Of a stretch of DNA of 64,000 bases, positions 50,648 to 59,864 are shown in pieces. The position numbers and the translations under genes were made by a program. The notes under the pieces were generated by a model, which saw only the letters and a program-made list of their open reading frames with translations, ran no database searches and was not told the origin of the DNA. How positions within the stretch are numbered: the stretch's first letter is position 1; the number at the start of each line of letters is the position of its first letter. Origin of the DNA: a virus (Duplodnaviria; Caudoviricetes); IMG/VR virus record IMGVR_UViG_3300035498_000327, positions 8,708 to 72,707 of that record; one strand, written 5' to 3'.

Positions 50648-50778
50648 CAAAATTGTAAAAGTACCAAATTATGCTTATATAATATAGAAGTGTAAAGAGA
50701 ATAGAAATAAGTTAATCTTATCTATTCATAAACCATCACCAGAAAACAAAAGTAAATTAAAAGAAAGGCGGTACTATT

Positions 50779-51021
50779 ATGAAGTATTACGTATTAAGAG
50801 AAGAAAAGAGAACAGTTGAAACTATTAACGGAGCAACAGAAACGAAGATTATCTATGATCCTCGTCATGCATTACTTGTAACTGACGATCTTGGAACAGC
50901 AATTGGTTATTTCAAAACCCAGATCAAGCGGGAAGAAAGAACATCGAGTTGTTCGCAGAGAGCTTTGTACAGCCTGCACATTCCACAAGAAGAAGCAGAG
51001 TTATATCAGCTCTTAACATGA
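50779..51021 (+). CDS. hypothetical protein
   Basis: 80 aa with RBS. Confidence 0.6.
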   Translation: MKYYVLREEKRTVETINGATETKIIYDPRHALLVTDDLGTAIGYFKTQIKREERTSSCSQRALYSLHIPQEEAELYQLLT

Positions 51022-51326
51022 GACACGACGGAGTTATCAACCAGTACTTCTCAGGTCTTCAAAGCCTGGCAAGGTACAGCGAGATCAACAGAGACAACAT
51101 ATCCTACTTCGTAGCTCAGTACATCATCAACGAGAATGGTAAAGAGGTTATGAAGCAAATGGATGTGATTGATGCTTACAGAAACATTGACAACGTACTG
51201 TACGAAGTTGAGGATTGCCGCGGCTATCATGGTAGAGATACCAAGAAGCTGCTGAAGGCAAATCAGTACAGAACCAATGTAGCAATGCTTCCGTTTGAGA
51301 CAATCAACAGAAGTGAGAATTGGTAG
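51018..51326 (+). CDS. hypothetical protein
   Basis: ATGA overlap start MRHDG. Confidence 0.55.
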   Translation: MRHDGVINQYFSGLQSLARYSEINRDNISYFVAQYIINENGKEVMKQMDVIDAYRNIDNVLYEVEDCRGYHGRDTKKLLKANQYRTNVAMLPFETINRSENW

Positions 51327-51337
51327 ATCACACAAAA

Positions 51338-51365
51338 GGGAACCTGGGAGAAATCTCAGGTTCCC
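51338..51365. terminator. bidirectional terminator
   Basis: GGGAACCTG / CAGGTTCCC between convergent genes. Confidence 0.65.
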
Positions 51366-51391
51366 AAATTATGATCAAGTCATTTTATTTT

Positions 51392-52132
51392 TTACTTTCT
51401 CTCGATAGCTTGCTTCTTCTGCCTCAGAGTATATGGAGTCATGTATTCCTCAGTAACTAAGTTAGACATGATATGAGCTCCCAGGAGATATACATTAAGC
51501 ATATTCTTAGCAAGAGAGTCATCGTTCTCTACATCTATATCTTTCTCAGAAACAAAGCCTTTAGTAGAGATAACGTTGTTCATCTGGCTTACTGCTTTAA
51601 GAGCATCTGCTCTAGACCTGGAAAACTCATCCATATTATACTCAAGACCCATTACTGCTAAGGACTCGAATTCGCGGTCTGTCTCTTTACCACCTTTATC
51701 TACCTTAGTAAGAAGACCGGTTCTCATATCACGATGGTCAATGTCTATAGCAATATGAGTCTTCTTAGCTACTGTTTGTTTCAGTCTCTTAAGGTGAATG
51801 TATACTACTACACATTCCTTAGTCTGAATTGGTATTCCCTCATCATTAGTGAATACATGAGGAACGTTTACCTTCTCCAGTAGAGGCTTATTCAGAAGCT
51901 TAAATGCATCGAAGATATCATACATCTTCGGTTCTACCTTGAAGATCTCCGTATGGAATCTAAACGGTAGTCTCCTTTGGAGAAACTTATAGAAGTCATT
52001 GTCGCTCATATCAGCAAACAGTCTCTTATAGTAGTCAGAGTTAGTGCCACTCTTATCTATTGTATCAAAGACCTGATATATCAATGCTTCTATCTGGTTT
52101 CTTTTTTGCTTACTTATCAATTGATTAGGCAT
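51392..52132 (-). CDS. RNA polymerase beta C-terminal small subunit (probably virion RNAP)
   Basis: YIHLKRLKQTVAKK...RDMRTG...KGGKETDREFESL aligns by eye with RpoB YxxKLxHxVxDK...GGQRFGEME. Confidence 0.6.
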   Translation of the reverse strand: MPNQLISKQKRNQIEALIYQVFDTIDKSGTNSDYYKRLFADMSDNDFYKFLQRRLPFRFHTEIFKVEPKMYDIFDAFKLLNKPLLEKVNVPHVFTNDEGIPIQTKECVVVYIHLKRLKQTVAKKTHIAIDIDHRDMRTGLLTKVDKGGKETDREFESLAVMGLEYNMDEFSRSRADALKAVSQMNNVISTKGFVSEKDIDVENDDSLAKNMLNVYLLGAHIMSNLVTEEYMTPYTLRQKKQAIERK

Positions 52133-52135
52133 AGC

Positions 52136-52582
52136 TTAGTTCACTCCTATCACTCTAATGTCTTTTACTTTAATAGACCCTCCTATGAAACATACTAAGA
52201 ACTTTGTTCCTTTAGGTACAGTGTCTACAAAGTTTAAGAGAATATACTTAGGTATATTCAACTCAACGTAGTTTGATTCCTTATATGGGGTTATCATTAT
52301 ACTGCTATTGTTTAGTATGTTTCTTACAGTACCAGTACCAGCATCAGTCTCTACGGGCTCAGAAGTCTCAGCCAGAGGATTAAGAATTGGGATACTGAAT
52401 TTACCCTTCATGTCAGTATAGAGTTCCTCAGCACGAGGATAATAGATATTGCCTGACTGAAGTTCTTCCACTGTAGGAAACGGAGGTAATGCAGGAAGAG
52501 CTATGTCTTCAAGAAGAATGGCTATCTCAATATAGCCTAATATACTACTAGATCCATCATAAAAGCCCAATTTACACACCAC
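52136..52582 (-). CDS. probable virion/baseplate protein
   Basis: late promoter at 52595; VPKGTKFLVCFIGG C-terminus. Confidence 0.5.
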   Translation of the reverse strand: MVCKLGFYDGSSSILGYIEIAILLEDIALPALPPFPTVEELQSGNIYYPRAEELYTDMKGKFSIPILNPLAETSEPVETDAGTGTVRNILNNSSIMITPYKESNYVELNIPKYILLNFVDTVPKGTKFLVCFIGGSIKVKDIRVIGVN

Positions 52583-52594
52583 CTAACTCATTTT

Positions 52595-52606
52595 TAATAC
52601 TATGTT
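52595..52606 (-). promoter_or_regulatory. late promoter AACA-N6-TA
   Basis: reverse strand AACA TAGTAT TA(A). Confidence 0.6.
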
Positions 52607-52627
52607 CAACTTATACAAATTCAACGA

Positions 52628-53119
52628 TTGGAGGAAGATATTATGGTTTTCTTAAGTAATGGAGTCATGCAGTTCGATGACGTCTATGACCTCATTTATA
52701 ACCTCTTGAACACCATCGGACTATCTATTGACAATAATGGATACATCTATGATCAAGAGTCTAAAGTTCATATTCAGATTCATGGATGTAAACTTAAAGC
52801 AAGTGTAGATCCTAGGATACCTTGTTATGCAGGGCAGGGTGAAGTCGTATTCGACATCCTTAACAATATAAGATTAGTAACTACTATGCTAGGGTACTGC
52901 ATAGATAAGGAGACAGCTCTTAACGGATTCAGATGTATATCTCAGTTCCCAGAGGAGATTCCTGAGTCTCGTATGACTGCTATGACTCTTAAAATGGCAG
53001 ACCAGACTAATAGAACTACTCTGTTCTATAACAACAAGTGTCTAAAGTTCATACACGCAATGTTCTTAGTCTACGACGAAAATGTAGACTTAACAAATTT
53101 TGATTCGGAGAGACAATAA
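52628..53119 (+). CDS. hypothetical protein
   Basis: ORF; start probably MVFLS. Confidence 0.65.
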   Translation: MEEDIMVFLSNGVMQFDDVYDLIYNLLNTIGLSIDNNGYIYDQESKVHIQIHGCKLKASVDPRIPCYAGQGEVVFDILNNIRLVTTMLGYCIDKETALNGFRCISQFPEEIPESRMTAMTLKMADQTNRTTLFYNNKCLKFIHAMFLVYDENVDLTNFDSERQ

Positions 53120-53120
53120 G

Positions 53121-54344
53121 ATGGATAATATAGTTTTCACAGAAGATCAGGAACGTATTATACAAGAAGCAGTTGACTGGTACCATAACTCATCTGAGCA
53201 GACGTTTCAGTTTGCTGGTGAGGCTGGTACCGGTAAATCTGTCGTTTTGAACGAAATAGTCAGGAGATTAAGGATGTCTCCTGAGGAAGTAATGCCTATG
53301 GCGTTCACAGGCCAGGCGGCTATAGTAATGAGGCTAAAGGGCTTTAAGTTTGCTAGAAGTATTCATTCCTCATTATATAGATTTGACTATATAGCTCAGG
53401 ACTTCATGGATGCTTACAATGTAGACCAGATGTATAACAGACCTAGGAAGGAAAAAATCTTTAGACCTAAGTCACCAGATGAGATACCTAGCTATGTAAA
53501 GCTATTCGTTATAGACGAAGGATATATGGTTCCTAAGAATATGAGGTCTGTAATAGACTCATTTGGTAAAAAGGTATTAGTAGCAGGAGATGATGGGCAA
53601 TTACCTCCTGTATCTGGAGAACCAGCATACTTCGTAGATGGTAACGTAAGAAGACTAACTCAACTCATGAGACAAGCAGAGACTAATCCTATCATTTACA
53701 TAGCTCATAGAGCTAGATTAGGATTACCAATCCATTGTGGTAGATATGGAGATAACGTTTTAGTAATTGAGGACAGAGATCTTACAGATCAGATCATATC
53801 TATACCACAAGCTATAGTGTGTGGAACAAATGCCACGAGAGATATGTTTAATAAGTATATAAGGGAAAGAATCCGAGGAATCCATTCAGACTTACCAGTA
53901 TATGGTGAGAGAATGATTTGCCGAGATAACAACTGGCAAATAGAGAGAGATTATATCTCTCTCGCTAATGGTCTCGTAGGGACTGTAGTTAATTCTCCTG
54001 GTATTGGAGGATTCAATGGGCGAAACTTTAAGATGGACTTCCTTCCTGACTTATCTAACTCCGTTTTCGATAATCTAGACGTGGACTACAAATACTATAA
54101 AGCTCCTTATGAAGAACGTAAGGATCTTAAGTTTGATAAGTACACCACGGGAGAAAAGTTTGAGTTTGCTTATGCTCTTACTAGCTACTTATGCCAGGGT
54201 AGTGAGTATCATACCACAATGTATATAGAGGAGTTCCTCAGGTCCAATATACAGAACCAGCTAAACTATAGTAGTGTAACAAGAGCTAAGCAGAATCTGA
54301 TTTACGTTAAGAAGTCCAAAAGGTTCTATTCTTTCTTTAGTTAA
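53121..54344 (+). CDS. Dda/RecD-like SF1B helicase
   Basis: GEAGTGKS, VIDEG, GDDGQLPPV, YALT...QGSEY. Confidence 0.85.
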   Translation: MDNIVFTEDQERIIQEAVDWYHNSSEQTFQFAGEAGTGKSVVLNEIVRRLRMSPEEVMPMAFTGQAAIVMRLKGFKFARSIHSSLYRFDYIAQDFMDAYNVDQMYNRPRKEKIFRPKSPDEIPSYVKLFVIDEGYMVPKNMRSVIDSFGKKVLVAGDDGQLPPVSGEPAYFVDGNVRRLTQLMRQAETNPIIYIAHRARLGLPIHCGRYGDNVLVIEDRDLTDQIISIPQAIVCGTNATRDMFNKYIRERIRGIHSDLPVYGERMICRDNNWQIERDYISLANGLVGTVVNSPGIGGFNGRNFKMDFLPDLSNSVFDNLDVDYKYYKAPYEERKDLKFDKYTTGEKFEFAYALTSYLCQGSEYHTTMYIEEFLRSNIQNQLNYSSVTRAKQNLIYVKKSKRFYSFFS

Positions 54345-54393
54345 AGTGAGCGATGACAATATATTATAGAGAGGTGAAAGGAGAAAAAGTATC

Positions 54394-54984
54394 ATGAGTA
54401 AATCAGAAGACGACTTCTTTGGTAATGGTAAACCAAGGGTAGAGCAGGCTGTCTATTTTATAGGGAAAGATGAGCAATATCAAGTAAATCCTATCTATAA
54501 CTTAGATGAAACGCCTAATACACCTGATAGATTTGTCATACTGAAGACTACCGCTAATGGTAAGTTTCTGATAGGTGATATGATTCACTATTCTATCAAT
54601 GGATGGGATCTAATCACAGATTCTGATAATGCTATCTTTGTAGACAATATCAATAAGACAGCATTCATCAGGGAGTATAGTAGGGCTCTGAGAGAAATAG
54701 CTCCAGAGAACCCGGAAGAAAGACAGTACGTCATATTAGTATATGATGCGTCCGGAGAAGACCTTAATGAATGGGTTGCAGTAATGGGACGTACAAATGC
54801 ATATGAGTACATCAAATCTCATGCTTATACGATGGATGTAGGCAACTCCATTGTTATAACAGAGAATGTTCCTCTAAAGGATGCTTTAACGGTATCACAG
54901 TTTGTCCACTACTTAAAGAACGGTGATATCATTGGAGATGATGGATTCTATATAGAGGAATATGAGGAGACGGAGTTTGACTAA
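54394..54984 (+). CDS. hypothetical protein
   Basis: 196 aa, AAAGGAG RBS, ATATATTATA at 54359. Confidence 0.7.
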   Translation: MSKSEDDFFGNGKPRVEQAVYFIGKDEQYQVNPIYNLDETPNTPDRFVILKTTANGKFLIGDMIHYSINGWDLITDSDNAIFVDNINKTAFIREYSRALREIAPENPEERQYVILVYDASGEDLNEWVAVMGRTNAYEYIKSHAYTMDVGNSIVITENVPLKDALTVSQFVHYLKNGDIIGDDGFYIEEYEETEFD

Positions 54985-55003
54985 AATCTAAAGGAAAGGA
55001 AAG

Positions 55004-55447
55004 GTGTTAGGGATGGCACAAAAGAATCGTCAAAACTATTTTGACCAGAGCATCAGACAATTTGGAGAAGACTTCATTATGATGCTCACACCCGAAAAGA
55101 TTCAAAGATCCGCAAAGCAAAGGATATTTAGAGAAATGGTTCAGGGTCATATTGATTACAGTGTATACGGTAAGTACTTTACTGACCCGAAGTTTTTTGA
55201 AAATCTACTAATCGCGGCGTATGATGAACTCAATAATAATGCGATTATAAAATCAGCGTTAACAGAGTTTGATCTTCATCATCCTGGTAACAACTTAGTA
55301 GTTGTACTTAAAGGCAAGTATACCAGCCTTGAGTACATCTACGGCGTCATTTATGGGCGCCTGTCTCAGGTGAAGGCGTCTGGTTATAATATTGGCTATC
55401 TGTCCGACTTGTCGGCAGTGCTTTATAACTATAGAAACCAAATTTAG
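55004..55447 (+). CDS. hypothetical protein
   Basis: ORF in operon. Confidence 0.65.
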   Translation: MLGMAQKNRQNYFDQSIRQFGEDFIMMLTPEKIQRSAKQRIFREMVQGHIDYSVYGKYFTDPKFFENLLIAAYDELNNNAIIKSALTEFDLHHPGNNLVVVLKGKYTSLEYIYGVIYGRLSQVKASGYNIGYLSDLSAVLYNYRNQI

Positions 55448-55462
55448 AAAGGAGAAACACCT

Positions 55463-55894
55463 GTGAAAACTGAAGTATTACACAAAGTCATTAAGTACAT
55501 CGAAAACAGTGGAGTTGATCGTTTCACAATCTGGTGTAACAACAGTTACTTGATTGAGTATAACAGCGAATCCACTAAATGTGTTTTCGATGACACAGAT
55601 GAGATTCTTTGGTTCTTTAGAGTACCCAATGGAGTACAGCCAAAGGACTTTAGACCTATCGCTATCGAGTGTATTGAGTACGATGTTATTGAGCGTATCT
55701 GCGTTCAGACAGACTATGTACACTCAAAGAAGATTGCTACAGAAGCAGGTCTGACAATCCCAGAAGAAACAGAGAAATGGCTTAGAGTCGCAGCTTCTCA
55801 GACTGGATTATATCCTATCCAGAATGAGAGATTAGCTGAGGATGATAAGCGCGGCTATATGGGACCAGACAGTAAGATACCAACAGTACACTGA
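55463..55894 (+). CDS. hypothetical protein
   Basis: GTG start after AAAGGAG. Confidence 0.65.
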   Translation: MKTEVLHKVIKYIENSGVDRFTIWCNNSYLIEYNSESTKCVFDDTDEILWFFRVPNGVQPKDFRPIAIECIEYDVIERICVQTDYVHSKKIATEAGLTIPEETEKWLRVAASQTGLYPIQNERLAEDDKRGYMGPDSKIPTVH

Positions 55895-55924
55895 TATATC
55901 GGCTGACCAAGATGAAGGTTAGTC

Positions 55925-55934
55925 ATATATTATA
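55925..55934 (+). promoter_or_regulatory. candidate early promoter ATAWAYTATA
   Basis: ATATATTATA. Confidence 0.45.
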
Positions 55935-55986
55935 GAGGTGCTATAAGAGCATCAACACATTTCAAATTATAAGGAGGAAATGAATC

Positions 55987-56931
55987 ATGGTAGACTCAAA
56001 CAGCAACAATACGTATGGAGGGATGGTTTACAATCCACAAACAGGTCAGTATCAGCAGAAGCAGAACAGCACTCTTACCCAGGAGGAATACAATCGCTTG
56101 GTTAAGCAGGAAAATCCGTTCAGCTTAGCACTGACCGAAACAGAGATCCTTAGAGGATTCTGCAATCACAGATCACTGGATGGTACAAGGGACATGTTGG
56201 TTCGTGATACCGACGGGACTGTGAGATGCGAGGTGTGCGGTTACAGATTCACGCCTATTGATGTATCAACATCACCGGACGATGTTCAGGATTCAGTTAA
56301 CCTGATCATCGACATTTTGCAAACAATCAAACTGTTATTCATCGACATGCCGGCATCAGCACAGAGGGAATATTTCCAGATTATCCCGCTGATCGAAAAG
56401 GTTCCGAAGTTATTCAAGCTGGCTGTAGATAACTTCAGCAAGCATGAGAACTACAACGCATGGGGTTACCGTGGACAGAATATGGGAACAATGAACCTGT
56501 TCAATATGCTGTCCGGAGCTCTGAATGGAGGAGTACCGGTAGGAGGAAACTATTACAATGCAGCGCCTAACTATGGGGCATTCGGAACACCTATGCCTAA
56601 CACAATGGGTGGCGGAATGATGCCCAACCAGCAGATGATGCCTAATGGAATGGGCGGAGGTATGAATCCTAATTTCACAATGCCAAATCAGCAGATGATG
56701 CCAGCAGCAAACATGGGTGGAGTACCAATGCCTAATCCGGCCTACACAATGGCAGGTGGCTATGCTCCGCAGACAGTAGGATTCCAGTATGGTGCGCCAC
56801 AGCAACCAGAGGTTCCTTACTCAATGGACCCGAATGCAGCAGCACAGCAGACTGGTACAGCAGTAGCAGCTCCGGCAAGTGCAACAACTAACGGAAAAGA
56901 AGTAACAGTAAACACACAGCTTAAAGCTTAA
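55987..56931 (+). CDS. zinc-binding protein with M/P/N/Q/G low-complexity tail
   Basis: CNHR...CEVCG; repeated MPNQQMMP. Confidence 0.7.
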   Translation: MVDSNSNNTYGGMVYNPQTGQYQQKQNSTLTQEEYNRLVKQENPFSLALTETEILRGFCNHRSLDGTRDMLVRDTDGTVRCEVCGYRFTPIDVSTSPDDVQDSVNLIIDILQTIKLLFIDMPASAQREYFQIIPLIEKVPKLFKLAVDNFSKHENYNAWGYRGQNMGTMNLFNMLSGALNGGVPVGGNYYNAAPNYGAFGTPMPNTMGGGMMPNQQMMPNGMGGGMNPNFTMPNQQMMPAANMGGVPMPNPAYTMAGGYAPQTVGFQYGAPQQPEVPYSMDPNAAAQQTGTAVAAPASATTNGKEVTVNTQLKA

Positions 56932-56959
56932 ACAGAAACATCTCGCACATACACACATC

Positions 56960-56989
56960 GTGGGCTAGGGGTATAATCTCCTAGCCCAC
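56960..56989 (+). terminator. intrinsic terminator-like hairpin
   Basis: GTGGGCTAGG / CCTAGCCCAC. Confidence 0.65.
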
Positions 56990-57045
56990 TAAAAATGTGT
57001 CATGGATGTTTTTTCTTGTCCTCTCTAGTAATCACAGATAAAATG

Positions 57046-57055
57046 ATAAACTATA
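57046..57055 (+). promoter_or_regulatory. candidate early promoter ATAWAYTATA
   Basis: ATAAACTATA upstream of gyrB. Confidence 0.45.
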
Positions 57056-57154
57056 TAGGTGATGATAAGAGAAGTAAAGTTTAACGGGAGGTGTAAACAA
57101 GTGAATAATGATCTTCTCATGATCATACTACTATAGAAAAGGAGTGTAAGTTAA

Positions 57155-59860
57155 ATGGCTTCATTGAATAATGATATGAAAGCGGCTGTAGACAACTATG
57201 CTAACGACATAATCACGCTAAAAGATTTTGTTACAGCTGTACGAAAGCGCCCAGGTATGTATATAGGTGCAGCAAATGATGCTATACTTAATTGCATCAG
57301 GGAAATTTACCAAAATTCAATAGACCAAATGGTAGATCCTGGAAGCCCTTGCGACTGGTTCTCATTGTATTACAATGAGCAGACCTTAGAGTTCGTAGTA
57401 GAGGACAATGGATTAGGTTTTCCATTTGATCAGATAATAAGAATTCTTACAACTCAGCATACCTCGAAGAACTTTGAGAAGAAACTGTTTCAGTATTCTT
57501 CCGGTCTTCATGGTATAGGAGCTAAGGTTGTTAATGCTCTATCTGAGTCTTTTAAGGTAGAATCATATAGATACGACGGAAAGGCAGTGAAGATGGAGTT
57601 CAATAAGGGCTATCCGAAATATGATAAGCCTAAGAGTATTCCTAACCCTAATAAGAAACAGGGGTCCAGGATTACATTCATTCCAGATACAGAGATACTT
57701 GAAGAAACAAATCTGGACTGGAAGACACTATATCGACAAGTAAAAAACATCATGTCTCTGACTCCTTTAGGGTGTCACATGGACTTCTATGCTGTCGATA
57801 GTAAAGGAAAGAAAATAACAGAATCCATCACTAACACAGATGGCATTCTGACTAATATAATTATGAAGGTTAAGCAGCCAGTAGCTAAGCCTATCGTAAT
57901 CAAGGCAGATGATGGAACACATAAGCTGGAGTGTGCTATCTGCTATGATGTAGGAGGAGAGACAGGACCTATGGATATGGAAAGCGTCACAGCTTTCTCT
58001 AATTTCTGTCCTACTAGAGGTGGAACCCATGTAGAAGGAACTATCGAAGGAATCACAAGATGGTTTACTCTATACATGAACAATATCTATCTAGCAAACC
58101 AGAAGTCTAAGGTTAAGACTAAAGTAAATGCAGCCGATATCAAGACAGGACTTAATCTGATGATAGGAGCAGCACACTTAGAGCCTATTATGGTAGGTCA
58201 GTCTAAAGAGTTACTTAGTAACCCAGACATGATTCCATTCTGTAAAGAAGTAGTAATGAAAGGTCTTGATGAATGGAGTAAGTCTAATCCTCAGGACTTA
58301 TCTAAGTTAGCTAAGTTCTTTAAAGAAGTAGCTGAGTTAAGGATGAAGAATGAAGGAGCAAAGCAGAAGATTGCTAAGAACTATCATTCCAATGCTTTAT
58401 CTGGACTTCCAGATAAGTATGCTAAACCATTAGGAAAAGAGCATCTTGAACTACTGATAGTAGAGGGAGACTCTGCTGGTGGCCAGGCTAAGAACGGAAG
58501 AGACAAGTATAGACAAGGTGTATTCCCCATAAGGGGAAAAATGCCTAATGCGTTTCAGAAATCTTATAAGGACTTTATGAGCAATGCTGAAGTGCAGGCT
58601 ATTATACACATATTACTAGGTGGTAAAGAATACACAAGAAAGTTTGATCCGTATAAGGACGTGAAGTATGAAAAGGTAATATTCATGGCTGATGCGGATG
58701 TGGATAGAGAATACTGTCCAGAAATGCTTTTCGCCTAACCAGGCGGGTCATTATATTGTAATGGCTAACGGTAAGAGTTGAATAAGACTGGTATATGAAG
58801 CCGAGAGGAGATATATACCCATTAGCCCATAGACGAAGCAGCTCTCTAAGAAAGCCTAAGGTCCATGTCCATGTATATGGATAGCTTGGTAATACCGTGG
58901 GAATCTTAAGATCATTCTTAAGAAGCCTGTATCGACTATCCTCTTGAGGAGGAGTACGGCCACTATTGGTACGTGGCTGGAAAGAGCATTCTATCTATAT
59001 AGATAGTAAAATATAGTCAGTACCATTGGAAACAATGGAGAAATACGGGAGCTCACATAGACGCCCTATTATTAAGATTCTTTGTACTGTACATGCCTCA
59101 GCTTATTGAAGCTGGTAAGGTGTATAAAGCAGTACCACCTTTATATTCAATCAGCTCTGGGAAGAAGACAACTTACTTTACAGACCAGGTAGATATAACC
59201 AGGTATATTCAGAAGTACTTCTCTCAGAATCACGAAATCAAACGTGTAGGAAAAGGAGAGTCTAAGCTTAACAACAAAGAGCTTACTGTCTTATTCCTTA
59301 CTAACGTAGACTATGTGTATGAGTTAGAGAGAATATCTCGTACTTATGCAATGGACCCACAGTTACTTGAAATGGTGCTCTTGAACTACTATAACAACAA
59401 GTCTATAGCATCACTCAAGAAGCAGATCAAGTCCAACTATAGATTCATGGATATCACTAAGAAGAATGGAGTTAGTGTAGTAGAAGGCACTATAGACAAG
59501 TCCTATAAGCTATACATTACTGATAGACTGATTAGTGATTGTAGTCTTATTCTTGATATCATCAAGAAGAATGAATCTACCTCATACATGATGGATGGTA
59601 AGGAAGCATCCTTATATGAAATCATGAAAGAGTATGAGAAGTGTACTCCTAATGGTATGCAGAGATATAAAGGTCTGGGCGAGATGGACGTGGAAGAAAT
59701 CATAGAGTCTACTATGAGTCCATTCACTAACCGTACTTTGGTAAGGTATACCTTAGAGGATGCTAAAGAAGAAATAGAAGCTATAAGACAATATGAATCA
59801 GATTTGTCTAAGTTACTGAGCCTTGTGGGAGAAGTAAATAGACAAGATCTATTAGACTAA
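57155..59860 (+). CDS. gyrB: type IIA topoisomerase/gyrase B subunit; spliced, exons 57155-58705 and 59048-59860 (787 aa)
   Basis: VRKRPGMYIG, GLHGIG, EGDSA, PIRGK; splicing restores MADADVDGAHI and leads on to QRYKGLGEM. Confidence 0.92.
58706..59047 (+). mobile_element. group I intron, 342 nt, no ORF
   Basis: exon ends GAT (U); P1 TGGAT/GTCCA; P7 GACTA 58934 / TAGTC 59014; ends ...AAATACG. Confidence 0.9.
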
Positions 59861-59864
59861 GGAG

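Noticed and set aside
57155-59860. Naturally split gyrB (two genes)
   Set aside because: The gap has all group I intron hallmarks and exact removal restores DADVDGAHI.
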